A DNA stretch of 64,000 bases from a virus. Its lineage: Duplodnaviria; Caudoviricetes. The notes beneath the pieces were generated by a model, which saw nothing but the letters and a program-made list of their open reading frames with translations, made no database searches and was not told where the DNA came from. Shown piece by piece: positions 45,401-55,156 of the stretch. Numbering within the stretch: the stretch's first letter is position 1; each line of letters begins with the position of its first letter. The stretch covers positions 136,310 to 200,309 of the IMG/VR virus record IMGVR_UViG_3300033273_000282. One strand, given 5' to 3'. The position numbers and the translations under genes were made by a program.

Positions 45401-45595
45401 CTGAATACTGCTCAAGCAATCTTCCTTGACGACTCTAGAGATATGATTGTTACTCATGCTGGCTCTCAGAATCAGTACGTTCTTCTCCAAGGTTTGAACG
45501 CTGACTATCAGAGAGGATCCCTAATTACTTCCAGCAACTGTGCCATTGGTCTTGGTACTGTATTCATTGACTTTACTTATAGAGCCGCTGCTTAA
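42443..45595 (+). CDS. tail fibre-like protein with internal repeats
   Basis: 1050 aa; three GGDGS..Y....G..TYTG.SAAE repeats, two LTGNA.TATALQT.R.I.G.SF.GTA.ITL repeats, LTVNGSTTTVNS motif; C-terminal GYYTKIGRMVHV fibre-tip motif. Confidence 0.78.
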   Translation: MSLTIRKLPEEAANLLRPPSSIFPAQIGDVVLEATSNTVLTMKLKGSDGVVRNFDVGGGASSIGTEYDIRMVSTTGGAIFRLTSSYSVLDDITFAETANQVRVYYTNDDTVTFGLANDVTIPNDLVVTGNLTVNGSTTTVNSTTVTIDDKTFELGSTSSPTDAGADGGGIVLKGTTDKSILWSNVNDAWTFNQHIYPDVDSTWDLGSNLIRYANVYADAANITAITGALTGNADTATALQTSRNISGVSFDGTADITLVTDNVQESGTPTNIYFTDARARAAVSATDAGGDGSFAYDSGTGIFTYTGPSAAETRAHFSGGTGVTINSGVVAIGQAVATTDSVTFASISGPLTGNASTATALQTARTINGISFNGTANITLDLDDIAEAQASPTNLFFTNERVDDRVAVLLQGGTGINKTYDDANDQLTFSVDFSEFDSDSIVEGSTNVFFTNARARSAISLVDNGGDGSLTYNSTSGQFTYTGPSAAEVRAHISVTDLGGDGSLAYDSATGVITYTGGSAAETRQHLSGGTGVTYSSVSGEISIGQDVATNSNVTFANITSGGSGPRSLLLQNTDNVGTVDTAANITFKHSGIDFTSDSIVADGNDLGHIDFRNNGGSIVAQFGFRKRNTATSKVAFEIDTNNDGTPEFEVSDSNINFSSTNIGITAGAGYTVTTENSTVDYSDDADGYGPNFILRRNSTSAAVDDQLGTIQFIGRDAANTVDLEYGRIKTDIHLTAAGSERGLMRLQAMDAGSLFDTLVLRGQLVGLGIDEPAGQLHIKGSDTTDQVIIENTTNSSTTAPDLVLYKSGTISIGHQPGRIDFRGRNAADNANVNYGGIFAEVESTTNGQEGGAIKFLTSQFGTLTEAARFNSSGNLVLQAEKGIDFSNQTALLGVSYQVLDHYEEGSYDCTPYFANTNRAGMSNTSTGYYTKIGRMVHVHAKMVVNILDNTLIGGELRFPLPFQPSVSCSNNAVQRVIMENDSGHFLNTAQAIFLDDSRDMIVTHAGSQNQYVLLQGLNADYQRGSLITSSNCAIGLGTVFIDFTYRAAA

Positions 45596-47277
45596 TGTCG
45601 TCTGATCATTATCTTGGTAATCCCAACCTAAAGAAGGTTGGGACTCCCATTGAGTTTACTAAAGAACAAATTGAAGAGTATCTGAAGTGTAAGGATGATC
45701 CCGTATACTTTTCGATGAACTATGTCAAGATTATCTCTCTTGACGAGGGCGTCGTGCCGTTTAAGATGTGGGATTTCCAGAAAGATCTCATCAAGAAGTT
45801 TCACCACAATAGATTTAATATCGCAAAGTTGCCGCGACAGACTGGTAAGTCTACTACCTGTGTGTCGTATCTACTTCACTATGCCCTGTTTAACGACAAC
45901 GTAAACATCGGTATCCTGGCAAACAAACTGTCTACTGCCCGCGACCTGTTGGGAAGATTACAGTTGGCTTACGAACAGTTGCCATTGTGGATGCAACAGG
46001 GTATAGTGGTATATAACAAAGGATCGATGGAGCTTGAGAATGGCAGTAAGATACTGGCAGCTTCTACATCTGCGTCTGCTATCCGAGGCATGTCGTTTAA
46101 CATCATCTTCCTCGATGAGTTTGCGTTCATTCCAAACCATATTGCGGAGCAATTCTTTGCCTCTGTTTATCCTACTATTACTTCTGGTAAAAGCACAAAA
46201 GTCATCATCATCTCCACCCCAAATGGAATGAACCACTTTTACAAGTTGTGGGTGGACGCACAGAAAGGTAGAAACGGATATACTTGGACTGAGGTTCACT
46301 GGTCACTTGTACCAGGAAGAGATGCGGAGTGGAAGAAGACCACTATCGCTAACACATCAGAACGACAGTTCACTCAGGAATTTGAGTGTGAGTTCTTAGG
46401 ATCGGTTGATACACTGATCCATGCTTCTAAATTAAGAACGCTAGTTTACGATGACCCACTGACTAGCCATAAGGGATTGGATGTATATCAGAATCCTGTA
46501 GAGGGTCATGACTATATTATATGTGTGGATGTGTCCCGTGGATTGTCACAGGACTACAGTGCCTTTGTAGTTATTGATATTACGCAAGCTCCGTGGTGTC
46601 TGGTTGCTAAGTATAGGGACCATGACATCAGACCGATGTTGCTACCCAACGTTATTCAGAGAGTTGCTAGCAATTACAACAAAGCGTACGTATTGGTAGA
46701 GGTCAATGATATTGGTGAGGCAGTGGCTTCCATGCTTCATTATGACATTGAATATGAGAATGTATTGATGTGCGCTATGCGTGGGCGTGCTGGTCAGATT
46801 GTTGGACATGGATTCTCTGGTGGTAAGACCCAGATGGGTGTCAAGATGTCCAAGACTGTCAAGGCTCAGGGTTGCTCTAACCTTAAGACTCTGATTGAAG
46901 ATGATAAACTTCTAGTCAAAGACTACAACATCGTATCCGAACTTACTACCTTCATTCAAAACAAACAATCATTTGAGGCAGACGAAGGATATAACGATGA
47001 CCTAGTGATGTGCCTGGTTATTTTTGCTTGGCTTGTACAGCAAGAATACTTCAAAGAAATGACGGATCAAGATATCCGTAAGCGCATCTACGAAGAACAG
47101 AAGAATCAAATTGAGCAAGACATGGCACCCTTTGGATTTATTCTAAATGGTATTGATGACGAAGATCAAATTATTGATTCGGAAGGTAACGTATGGTCGG
47201 CTGATATGTCTGATGAGAGTGCTAGATATCATCTAGATGAATACGGTGACAGATCGTTTATGTGGGAGTTCCGTTAA
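45595..47277 (+). CDS. g17: terminase large subunit gp17
   Basis: YLGNPNLKK, PRQTGKST Walker A, IFLDEFAF Walker B, IISTPNG, DVSRG, NDDLVM; no intein-sized insertion. Confidence 0.97.
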   Translation: MSSDHYLGNPNLKKVGTPIEFTKEQIEEYLKCKDDPVYFSMNYVKIISLDEGVVPFKMWDFQKDLIKKFHHNRFNIAKLPRQTGKSTTCVSYLLHYALFNDNVNIGILANKLSTARDLLGRLQLAYEQLPLWMQQGIVVYNKGSMELENGSKILAASTSASAIRGMSFNIIFLDEFAFIPNHIAEQFFASVYPTITSGKSTKVIIISTPNGMNHFYKLWVDAQKGRNGYTWTEVHWSLVPGRDAEWKKTTIANTSERQFTQEFECEFLGSVDTLIHASKLRTLVYDDPLTSHKGLDVYQNPVEGHDYIICVDVSRGLSQDYSAFVVIDITQAPWCLVAKYRDHDIRPMLLPNVIQRVASNYNKAYVLVEVNDIGEAVASMLHYDIEYENVLMCAMRGRAGQIVGHGFSGGKTQMGVKMSKTVKAQGCSNLKTLIEDDKLLVKDYNIVSELTTFIQNKQSFEADEGYNDDLVMCLVIFAWLVQQEYFKEMTDQDIRKRIYEEQKNQIEQDMAPFGFILNGIDDEDQIIDSEGNVWSADMSDESARYHLDEYGDRSFMWEFR

Positions 47278-47289
47278 GACTGTGATTTT

Positions 47290-47297
47290 AATAAATA
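47290..47297 (+). promoter_or_regulatory. late promoter (AATAAATA)
   Basis: Intergenic, upstream of g18. Confidence 0.7.
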
Positions 47298-47337
47298 ATT
47301 TTAGACAAATTGAAATCATTCATCAGGAGTACCACGC

Positions 47338-49326
47338 ATGGCTAGCACGCTTCTCTCGCCAGGAGTAGCGATCCAAGAAAGAGATTTAACTCTTGGATCC
47401 GTCGAGACTGTAGAAACTAATGTGGGCGCTATCGTTGGCGCTTTCCAGAGGGGACCTGTAGGTGTCCCCACAAGAGTTACTTCAGAAGCCGACCTCCTCA
47501 ACCTCTTCGGTCAACCTAACGATTCCAACGCTGGTACTTGGTGGGTTGCTTCTAGTTTCCTGTCGTATGGCGGCGTCCTGGACGTTGTTCGTGCTGCTGG
47601 TGCTGCTCTGCTTAACGCTAAAGTCGGTGGCAGTGGTATCCTGATTCGTAACGATGATGATTACGAAGGCAACTACTGGTTCCCAACTGGCGCTAATACA
47701 AACACCTGGGAATTCGCCGCTAAAGAATCTGGTACTTATGGTAACTCCCTGAGAGTTGCTATCATCGACCGTGGTGCTGATCAGAATATCTACTTGGCTA
47801 CCACTCCAGTAACGGCGATCAATGCTGGCGATTTGGTCACCAATGCTGCTGCTACCAAGACTGCTTACGTTCACTCCTGGGACTCTACCACTCGTAGACT
47901 GTCCCTGATCTGGGCAACTGGTGGTCGTTGGACTGTTAGCGCTGGTGGTGGTGACGAACTGGATGATGGCACCAACCCTGATGTAAGCATCTCCTCCGAG
48001 AAGAACTGGTACGATGAGCAAGAAGTCTTCACAGGTCTTCGCTGGAATCAGCTCGCTGGTAGACCTGGCACTTCTCTTTATGTTGGTGACCGTGGTGGTG
48101 CTTATGACGAAGTTCACATCGTAGTTTACGATGCTGATGGCGGCGTCACTGGTACTCCTCTGACAGTTCTTGAGAAGTTCCTCTATGGTTCTAAGGCTAA
48201 CGACGCTAAGACCACTGAAGGTTCCAACAACTACTACGCTACCAACATCTTTGATGGTTCGTCCTACGTTTACTGGGGCAAGCATGAAGAGTCAGTTTGG
48301 GATGTAAGCGCTAACGCTTTCACCACTACTGACGGCAACGTCGGGGCTGGTGCTGGTACTACCTTCGACGTTATCGGTAAGGTAAATTACACCCTGTCTG
48401 GTGGATATGACGCTTACAACCTGACAGACGCTGAAGTCCTGACTGGTTACGATACACTGTCTGACACTGAGACAGTTAACATCGACTACCTGCTGATGGG
48501 CGACTCTGGTTCTAACAGAACCGCCTCCCTTGCTAAGGCAGCAAGAGTTCTTCAAATCGCTTCTTCCAGAAAAGATTGTATCGGTTTCGTCTCCTCTCAC
48601 AAAGGAGATGTTGTTGGAGTTCCCGACAGCGCAACCGCAACAAACAACATGATCGCATACTTCGATCAACTTCAGTCCACATCCTACGGTGTGTTTGACG
48701 CTGGTTGGAAGTATCTGTACGATCGCTTTAATGATAAGTATCGCTGGGTACCATGTAACGGTGACGTTGCTGGTCTCTGTGCTGCTACTACAGCAAACGG
48801 TGATCCTTGGTTCTCGCCCGCTGGTCTGAACCGTGGAGCCATCCGTAATGCTATCAAGCTTGCTTATTCTCCTAAGAGATCTGAGCGCGATGCCCTTTAT
48901 CAGGCACGCATCAACCCCATCACCAGCCTGCCTGGTCAGGGTATCGTTCTCTTCGGTGATAAGACTGCTCTCGCTTCACCATCTGCTTTTGATCGCATCA
49001 ATGTCCGTCGTCTCTTCCTCGTCGTTGAGAAGACAATCGGCAATGCTGCGAAGGGAGTCCTGTTTGAACTGAACGACGAGTTCACCAGAAACAACTTCAA
49101 CAATGTTGTTGAACCATTCCTCCGCGAGATTCAAGCTCGCCGTGGTATGACTGATTTCCTGGTAGTTTGTGATGGATCAAACAACACACCATCTGTGATT
49201 GATGCTAACGAGTTTGTCGCTGAGATCTACATCAAGCCCGCACGCTCGATTAACTTCATCACACTGACCTTCGTTGCTACACGCACAGGTGTTAGCTTCG
49301 AGGAAGTAGTCCCCCGCAGAGTTTAA
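47338..49326 (+). CDS. g18: tail sheath protein gp18
   Basis: LSPGVAIQERD...PWFSPAGLNRG...INVRRLFL...KPARSINFITL. Confidence 0.97.
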   Translation: MASTLLSPGVAIQERDLTLGSVETVETNVGAIVGAFQRGPVGVPTRVTSEADLLNLFGQPNDSNAGTWWVASSFLSYGGVLDVVRAAGAALLNAKVGGSGILIRNDDDYEGNYWFPTGANTNTWEFAAKESGTYGNSLRVAIIDRGADQNIYLATTPVTAINAGDLVTNAAATKTAYVHSWDSTTRRLSLIWATGGRWTVSAGGGDELDDGTNPDVSISSEKNWYDEQEVFTGLRWNQLAGRPGTSLYVGDRGGAYDEVHIVVYDADGGVTGTPLTVLEKFLYGSKANDAKTTEGSNNYYATNIFDGSSYVYWGKHEESVWDVSANAFTTTDGNVGAGAGTTFDVIGKVNYTLSGGYDAYNLTDAEVLTGYDTLSDTETVNIDYLLMGDSGSNRTASLAKAARVLQIASSRKDCIGFVSSHKGDVVGVPDSATATNNMIAYFDQLQSTSYGVFDAGWKYLYDRFNDKYRWVPCNGDVAGLCAATTANGDPWFSPAGLNRGAIRNAIKLAYSPKRSERDALYQARINPITSLPGQGIVLFGDKTALASPSAFDRINVRRLFLVVEKTIGNAAKGVLFELNDEFTRNNFNNVVEPFLREIQARRGMTDFLVVCDGSNNTPSVIDANEFVAEIYIKPARSINFITLTFVATRTGVSFEEVVPRRV

Positions 49327-49346
49327 TTAAAGGAGAGTAAATCAAA

Positions 49347-49958
49347 ATGGCTGAAGTATCCGCACTAGGCGTACTTAATTTTCAAACAAAAATCAGGGGC
49401 GGCGTACGCCCCAACCTGTTCTCGGTCGATCACGATTGGCCAAACGGTCTGGCAAAGCCCGACGAGGATATGGTATCGCTCTTCTGTAAGAGTGCTGCCC
49501 TCCCCGCAACTTCGGTAGGTACAGTTGAACTCCCCTTCCGTGGTCGTGTCATCAAAGTTCCTGGCGACAGAACTTATGAGTCCTGGACTGCTACCTTCTA
49601 CATGGACGACGCATTCAGACTGCGTGGTGCATATGAGAAGTGGATCGAACTGACCAACGCTGTTGATGCTAACGTTTCGCAATCGTCCATCGACAATGTT
49701 CTGAGAACTGTTACCATCACTCAGTTGGATAAGTTCAACAATCCTTCCGAGAAAGGTTTCACAAAGATCCGTGGCTATACACTGGTCAAGGCATTCCCTG
49801 TCAGCGTATCTCAAGTTTCGGTTGCTTACGATAACAACGACTCTTATGAAGAGTTCGATGTTGAGTTTGCTTACCAATTCTTCGAGACTAGCGAGGAGAA
49901 TGGTGGTGGTGGAAACGAGCAAAAAGCCAAAGTTTCGGTCAACCAAAAATCCAACTAA
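49347..49958 (+). CDS. g19: tail tube protein gp19
   Basis: GVRPNLF...FRGRVIKVPGDRTYESWT...EEFDVEFAYQ. Confidence 0.95.
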   Translation: MAEVSALGVLNFQTKIRGGVRPNLFSVDHDWPNGLAKPDEDMVSLFCKSAALPATSVGTVELPFRGRVIKVPGDRTYESWTATFYMDDAFRLRGAYEKWIELTNAVDANVSQSSIDNVLRTVTITQLDKFNNPSEKGFTKIRGYTLVKAFPVSVSQVSVAYDNNDSYEEFDVEFAYQFFETSEENGGGGNEQKAKVSVNQKSN

Positions 49959-49961
49959 ATA
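49955..49961 (+). promoter_or_regulatory. late promoter variant (CTAAATA)
   Basis: Overlaps the g19 stop, upstream of g20. Confidence 0.6.
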
Positions 49962-49989
49962 GTCAGGTAGGAATCGTCCACACTATACA

Positions 49990-51618
49990 ATGGCAGAGCT
50001 TTTTGGTTTTTCATTCAAGAAGAGGGAGCAGGCTAAGCGTAGCGCACCTTCTCCCATTGCCCCTTCATCAGAAGACGGAGCCACTAGCTTTATCGCAGGC
50101 GGTTACTATGGTCAGTACGTAGATCTTGACGGCAACTTCAAGACTGAGTATGACATGGTTACTAAGTATCGCCAGATGGCGATGCACCCTGAGGTAGACT
50201 CTGCCATTGAGGACATTCTACAGGAAGCTATCGTTACAGATTTGAACGATACTCCTGTTCAAATCAATCTTGACAACTTGGATGTATCCGAGAGTGTCAA
50301 GACTATGATGCGTAATGAATTCGATTACGTAAAAACTCTTCTAGGTTTTGATACGAAAGCCCATGAGATGTTCCGTAGATGGTACATCGATGGGCGTTTG
50401 TATTATCATAAGGTAATTGATTTGAACAAGCCTCAGGATGGTATCCTGGAGCTGCGCTACATTGATCCCCAAAAGATCAAAAAGGTTCGTCAGATTCAGA
50501 AGAATCCGAAGAACACTGAAGAGTTCATGACGTTGGACTTCGGTAAGATCGACGAATACTTCATCTACAATCCAAAAGGTCTTAACAATACCTCTGCGAA
50601 TTCTGGTATCAAGATTGCTAAAGACGCTATCGCGTATGTAACGTCTGGCATCATGGATACCAATAGAAATATCGTATTGTCTTATCTCCATAAGGCAGTG
50701 AAGGTACTCAATCAACTTCAAATGATTGAGGACTCTTTGGTTATCTACCGTATCTCACGCGCACCCGAGCGTAGAATTTTCTACATCGATGTGGGCAACC
50801 TACCTAAGGTCAAGGCGGAACAGTACCTTAGGGAAGTGATGGGTCGCTATCGCAACAAGCTTGTGTACGATGCCAACACAGGTGAGATTCGTGACGATAG
50901 AAAATACATGTCCATGTTGGAAGACTTCTGGCTTCCAAGACGCGAGGGAGGGCGCGGGACAGAAATTACCACTCTTCCTGGCGGGCAAAACCTCGGAGAA
51001 CTGACTGACATTCAGTATTTCCAAACTAAACTCTACAAGGCTCTTAACGTTCCTGCTGGTAGACTCGATTCCAATACCAGTTTCAATCTTGGCAGATCCT
51101 CTGAGATCATGCGCGATGAACTCAAGTTCACCAAGTTTGTAGGAAGGCTGCGTAAGAAGTTTAGCGAACTGTTTCAAGACGTTCTTAAGACTCAACTGAT
51201 CCTCAAGGGTGTTATCACTCCTGAAGATTGGGAGGACATGAAGGAGCATGTACAGTATGACTACTTATATGACAATCACTTCACAGAACTTAAGAATATT
51301 GAAATGTTAAATGAGAAGCTGAGCGTCATTGCTCAGATGGAGCCCTACATGGGTCGCTACTTCTCTACGGAATATGTTCGTACTGAGATCCTCAAACAGA
51401 CTGAGCCTCAGATGAGAGAACTTGATGCTCAAATGGCTGACGACATTAGTCAGGGTCGTATCATCGATCCTCTCGATCAAGTCGCCATGGATACTCAAGC
51501 GATGGAAGACGAACAGCAGAACGCGGAACTTGATCAGGAGATGAAAAAGGCTCAGATCCAACAGGCAAAGAATCCACCTAAACCTGCCGCAAGTTCAAAT
51601 TCCAAAACAAATAAATAA
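49990..51618 (+). CDS. g20: portal protein gp20
   Basis: RRWYIDGR...RAPERRIFYIDVGNLPK...EDFWLPRREGGRGTEITTLPGG. Confidence 0.97.
   Translation: MAELFGFSFKKREQAKRSAPSPIAPSSEDGATSFIAGGYYGQYVDLDGNFKTEYDMVTKYRQMAMHPEVDSAIEDILQEAIVTDLNDTPVQINLDNLDVSESVKTMMRNEFDYVKTLLGFDTKAHEMFRRWYIDGRLYYHKVIDLNKPQDGILELRYIDPQKIKKVRQIQKNPKNTEEFMTLDFGKIDEYFIYNPKGLNNTSANSGIKIAKDAIAYVTSGIMDTNRNIVLSYLHKAVKVLNQLQMIEDSLVIYRISRAPERRIFYIDVGNLPKVKAEQYLREVMGRYRNKLVYDANTGEIRDDRKYMSMLEDFWLPRREGGRGTEITTLPGGQNLGELTDIQYFQTKLYKALNVPAGRLDSNTSFNLGRSSEIMRDELKFTKFVGRLRKKFSELFQDVLKTQLILKGVITPEDWEDMKEHVQYDYLYDNHFTELKNIEMLNEKLSVIAQMEPYMGRYFSTEYVRTEILKQTEPQMRELDAQMADDISQGRIIDPLDQVAMDTQAMEDEQQNAELDQEMKKAQIQQAKNPPKPAASSNSKTNK
51610..51617 (+). 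promoter_or_regulatory. late promoter (AATAAATA)
   Basis: At the g20 3' end, upstream of ORF 51638. Confidence 0.6.
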
Positions 51619-51637
51619 AATATAGTCAAGATTTATT

Positions 51638-51904
51638 ATGTCTACACAAGAACGAGATATCGTTGATTTGCTCTGGGACAATGACCAAGCGGACGCTCTG
51701 GTAAAACTGAAGGACATGCTGAGTGTGAAAGCTGCTATGGCAGTAGACGCATCTAAGCAAGATGTGGCAACAGCAATGTTCCCACATGTTCCCGAAGAAG
51801 GAGATGTAGAGCCCGACAGGGAAGAGATCGAAAACCCAGAAGCTACCGCTGAAACTGAAGAACCCGAAGTAGAAAACGATGAAACTGATCACGGAACAGA
51901 TTGA
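51638..51904 (+). CDS. acidic prohead-core-like protein (position of T4 g67/g68)
   Basis: 88 aa, very acidic C-terminal half, between g20 and g21; the assignment rests on position. Confidence 0.55.
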   Translation: MSTQERDIVDLLWDNDQADALVKLKDMLSVKAAMAVDASKQDVATAMFPHVPEEGDVEPDREEIENPEATAETEEPEVENDETDHGTD

Positions 51905-52526
51905 AGACCTTGAGATTCTTACCGAAGAAACCGACGGTAAGAAGAATACCTATATCAAGGGAATCTTTCTTCAAACGGAAATCACTAACCGCAACGGTCG
52001 TATGTACAAGTACGACACGCTTCAGCGTGAGGTGAATAAGTACAACGAAGAGTTTATCAAGCGTGGTCGCGCTCTTGGTGAGTTGGGACATCCCGATGGT
52101 CCAACTATCAATCTTGACAGAGTAAGCCACAAGATTGTGGAACTTATCCCTGAAGGTACTAACTTCATTGGTAAGGCTAAGTTACTCGATACACCTATGG
52201 GTAAAATTGCCCAGTCCCTCCTGGACGAAGGTGTACAACTGGGAGTCTCTTCTAGAGGTCTCGGTTCAATCAAGCGTGAAGGAACAGTCAACGTTGTTGC
52301 TGATGACTTCATTCTTGCGACTGCTGCGGATATCGTAGCAGATCCTTCCGCCCCAGATGCTTTCGTCGAAGGCATTTATGAGGGACGTGAGTGGGTTTAT
52401 GCTGAAGGTAGATTCAGAGAATCTTCCATGGAAGATGTTAAGCGTAAGCTTGACAACGCACCAAACCCCTTAGAACTTCAAGAAGCGAAGATCGCCGCGT
52501 TCTCCGCGTTCTTAAGAAGTCTCTAA
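51879..52526 (+). CDS. g21: prohead protease gp21
   Basis: NRNGRMY...RALGELGHP...LGVSSRGLGS...DIVADPSAPDA. Confidence 0.95.
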   Translation: MKLITEQIEDLEILTEETDGKKNTYIKGIFLQTEITNRNGRMYKYDTLQREVNKYNEEFIKRGRALGELGHPDGPTINLDRVSHKIVELIPEGTNFIGKAKLLDTPMGKIAQSLLDEGVQLGVSSRGLGSIKREGTVNVVADDFILATAADIVADPSAPDAFVEGIYEGREWVYAEGRFRESSMEDVKRKLDNAPNPLELQEAKIAAFSAFLRSL

Positions 52527-52528
52527 TT

Positions 52529-52536
52529 TATAAATA
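52529..52536 (+). promoter_or_regulatory. T4-type late promoter
   Basis: Exact TATAAATA upstream of g22. Confidence 0.75.
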
Positions 52537-52580
52537 AACATATAGCAAATTACCGCAGTCTTTATTCGTAGGAGCAAACA

Positions 52581-53672
52581 ATGTCCACAATCGATGAAAA
52601 ATTCGAGAAACTCATCGCGGAGAAGAAAGCTCAGACCACCGCTGAAGCGGTAGTCGAAGAGGTTGAAACCGTTGATGAAGTTTCCGAGGAAGCCGCTACT
52701 GGTGATAGCGCAATCAAGAAAGGTGCTGTCCCCCAACAGAAATCCGATCTGAAAAATGATGGGAAAGAAGTTGCCAAGAATAGCAAAGAGAAACCAGAAG
52801 GTACTGAAAACCCTGGTGCGAAGGCTGCTGCTCCTGTAACTGCTACTAAAGACTCCACCCTGAAGACCCACCCTAGCGCAGCTTCTAGCGCTATGCCTGG
52901 TGCTCTGTCTGCGAAGATCTTCGACTCTGTTGAGACCGAGGGTGAGGTAGTTAGCGAAGAAGAGATCAGCGAGGACATTGCCGCCATTCTGGCTGGTGCT
53001 GATCTTTCCGAAGAATTCCAAGATAAAGCAAAGACTGTCTTTGAAGCCGCTGTTAGCGCAAAGGTTTCTGAGCAAGTAGTTGCTATTAAGGAATCGACCG
53101 AAGCGAAGATTGCTGAAGAGATTGAAGCAATCAAAGAAGATTTCGCTGGTCGTGTTGAGAACTTCCTGAACTACGCTTGTGACGAGTGGATGTCGGAGAA
53201 TGAACTTGCTATTGAGCAAGGTCTCCGTGCCGAAATCACAGAAGGGTTCATGGATGGACTCCGCAAACTGTTTATCGAAAGCAACATCAACGTTCCTACC
53301 GAGAAGCTGGATCTGGTTGCTGAGATGAGCGAAAAGCTTGATGAGATGGAGACCCGACTGAATGAACAAGTCGAGCGCAACGTCGAACTTCACGAGAGTG
53401 TAAGTAAGTATCGTAAAAATGAGATTTTGAATGAACTGACCCGTGGTCTCGCTGAGACCCAAAAGGATAAGTTCTCTTCCCTCGCAGAAGCAGTTGAGTT
53501 CCGTACTGAAGAGTCGTATCGTGAGAAGCTGGTTCAGATTAAAGAGTCCTACTTCGGTGCTCCCAAAGTGGAAGCCGTAGAAGAGATTGTTCCTGAAGAA
53601 TCTGCTGCCCCTACAGAAGCAATTAGTGAAAGCATGAGCGCATACGTTGCTGCTCTCGCTAAGCGTCTGTGA
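52581..53672 (+). CDS. g22: prohead scaffold protein gp22
   Basis: LSEEFQDKAKTVFEAAV...YLNY-like FLNYACDEWM.EN...KESYF; acidic coiled coil directly before g23. Confidence 0.92.
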   Translation: MSTIDEKFEKLIAEKKAQTTAEAVVEEVETVDEVSEEAATGDSAIKKGAVPQQKSDLKNDGKEVAKNSKEKPEGTENPGAKAAAPVTATKDSTLKTHPSAASSAMPGALSAKIFDSVETEGEVVSEEEISEDIAAILAGADLSEEFQDKAKTVFEAAVSAKVSEQVVAIKESTEAKIAEEIEAIKEDFAGRVENFLNYACDEWMSENELAIEQGLRAEITEGFMDGLRKLFIESNINVPTEKLDLVAEMSEKLDEMETRLNEQVERNVELHESVSKYRKNEILNELTRGLAETQKDKFSSLAEAVEFRTEESYREKLVQIKESYFGAPKVEAVEEIVPEESAAPTEAISESMSAYVAALAKRL

Positions 53673-53710
53673 CCACACTGTTAACCCAATTCTAAACTCC
53701 CGAGATTCCC

Positions 53711-55078
53711 ATGTTTAACACCGAATCTCTCCAAGAGAAGTGGGCTCCAGTCCTTAGTCATGATGGTCTTCCTGAAATCAAGGATAACTATCGTAAGGCT
53801 GTAACCGCACAACTCCTGGAGAACCAAGAGCGCTTCATGCGCGAAGAGCGTGCCATCCTTACCGAGGCACCTACTAACGTTGGTCCTATCAACACCCCCA
53901 CCACTGGTGCTGGTGCTGTCGCAGGTTTCGATCCCATTCTGATCAGCCTGATCCGCCGCGCAATGCCTAAGCTGATTGCTTATGACATCGCTGGCGTTCA
54001 GCCTATGAATGGTCCTACTGGTCTGATTTTCGCAATGCGTTCGCGCTATGTGAACCAGACAGGTAATGAAGCATTCTTCAATGAGCCCGACGCTCAGTTC
54101 TCTGGTACCGATGGTGCTACACCTCCTACCGCTACCACCGAGAACAACCCTGCGCTCATCAACGACGCAACTGGCGGCGGTACCACCGAGACCAACTATG
54201 ATCTCGCATCCTCCAAGTTCTCCACCTCTGAGATGGAAGCTCTGGGTGATAGCGCTTCGACTGCCTTCATGGAGATGGCATTCAGCATCGATCGTATTGC
54301 CGTTGAGGCAAAAGGTCGTGCTCTGAGAGCCGATTACTCCGTTGAACTGGCTCAAGACCTCAAGGCTATTCATGGTCTTGACGCTGAGTCGGAGCTGGCA
54401 AACATCCTCTCCACCGAGATCCTGGCTGAAATCAACCGTGAGGTTGTCCGTACCGTTTATCGTGGTGCTAAGCCTGGTGCTCAAGTCAACACCGCTAACG
54501 CTGGTGTATTTGACCTGGATGTTGACAGCAACGGTCGTTGGTCTGTTGAGAAATTCAAAGGTCTGCTGTTCCAAATCGAGCGCGATGCTAACGCTATCGC
54601 CCTGGAAACTCGTCGCGGAAAGGGCAACGTTCTGATCTGCTCCTCTGACGTTGCTTCTGCTCTCGCTATGGCGGGTGTTCTGGACTACAGCAGCGGCATC
54701 AACCAAGCCGTTGGTGGTCTGGGCGAAATCGACGACACTGGTAACACCTATGTCGGTACCCTGAACGGTCGTATCAAGGTCTACATCGATCCTTATTCGG
54801 CTAACGTTTCCGCTGACCAATACTACGTCATCGGTTACAAGGGTAGCAACGCCTATGATGCTGGTCTGTTCTATTGCCCATACGTACCTCTCCAGATGTA
54901 CAGAGCAATCGGTCAGGATACCTTCCAGCCCCGCATTGGCTTCAAGACCCGCTACGGCATGGTCCTGAACCCATTTGCTAAGGGTCTGACCGCACTGAGC
55001 GATTCCGATCCTCAGGCTGCTGGTAACCTGAATGCGAACGCCTACTATCGTCGCGTACGTATCAAGAACCTTATGTGA
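53711..55078 (+). CDS. g23: major capsid protein gp23
   Basis: LIRRAMP...GVQPMNGPTGLIFAMR...DLKAIHGLDAE...FYCPYVPLQ...FQPRIGFKTRYG. Confidence 0.98.
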   Translation: MFNTESLQEKWAPVLSHDGLPEIKDNYRKAVTAQLLENQERFMREERAILTEAPTNVGPINTPTTGAGAVAGFDPILISLIRRAMPKLIAYDIAGVQPMNGPTGLIFAMRSRYVNQTGNEAFFNEPDAQFSGTDGATPPTATTENNPALINDATGGGTTETNYDLASSKFSTSEMEALGDSASTAFMEMAFSIDRIAVEAKGRALRADYSVELAQDLKAIHGLDAESELANILSTEILAEINREVVRTVYRGAKPGAQVNTANAGVFDLDVDSNGRWSVEKFKGLLFQIERDANAIALETRRGKGNVLICSSDVASALAMAGVLDYSSGINQAVGGLGEIDDTGNTYVGTLNGRIKVYIDPYSANVSADQYYVIGYKGSNAYDAGLFYCPYVPLQMYRAIGQDTFQPRIGFKTRYGMVLNPFAKGLTALSDSDPQAAGNLNANAYYRRVRIKNLM

Positions 55079-55100
55079 TCCATTCGCAAAGGAAGTAAGG

Positions 55101-55127
55101 GAGGGACCTTCGGGTCCCTCTTTTTTT
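55101..55127 (+). terminator. Rho-independent terminator after g23
   Basis: GAGGGACC-TTCG-GGTCCCTC: 8-bp stem with a UUCG tetraloop followed by T7. Confidence 0.92.
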
Positions 55128-55129
55128 AG

Positions 55130-55136
55130 CTAAATA
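55130..55136 (+). promoter_or_regulatory. late promoter variant (CTAAATA)
   Basis: Immediately after the terminator, upstream of ORF 55157 and g3. Confidence 0.6.
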
Positions 55137-55156
55137 TAACAGCACGTATTTTTATT

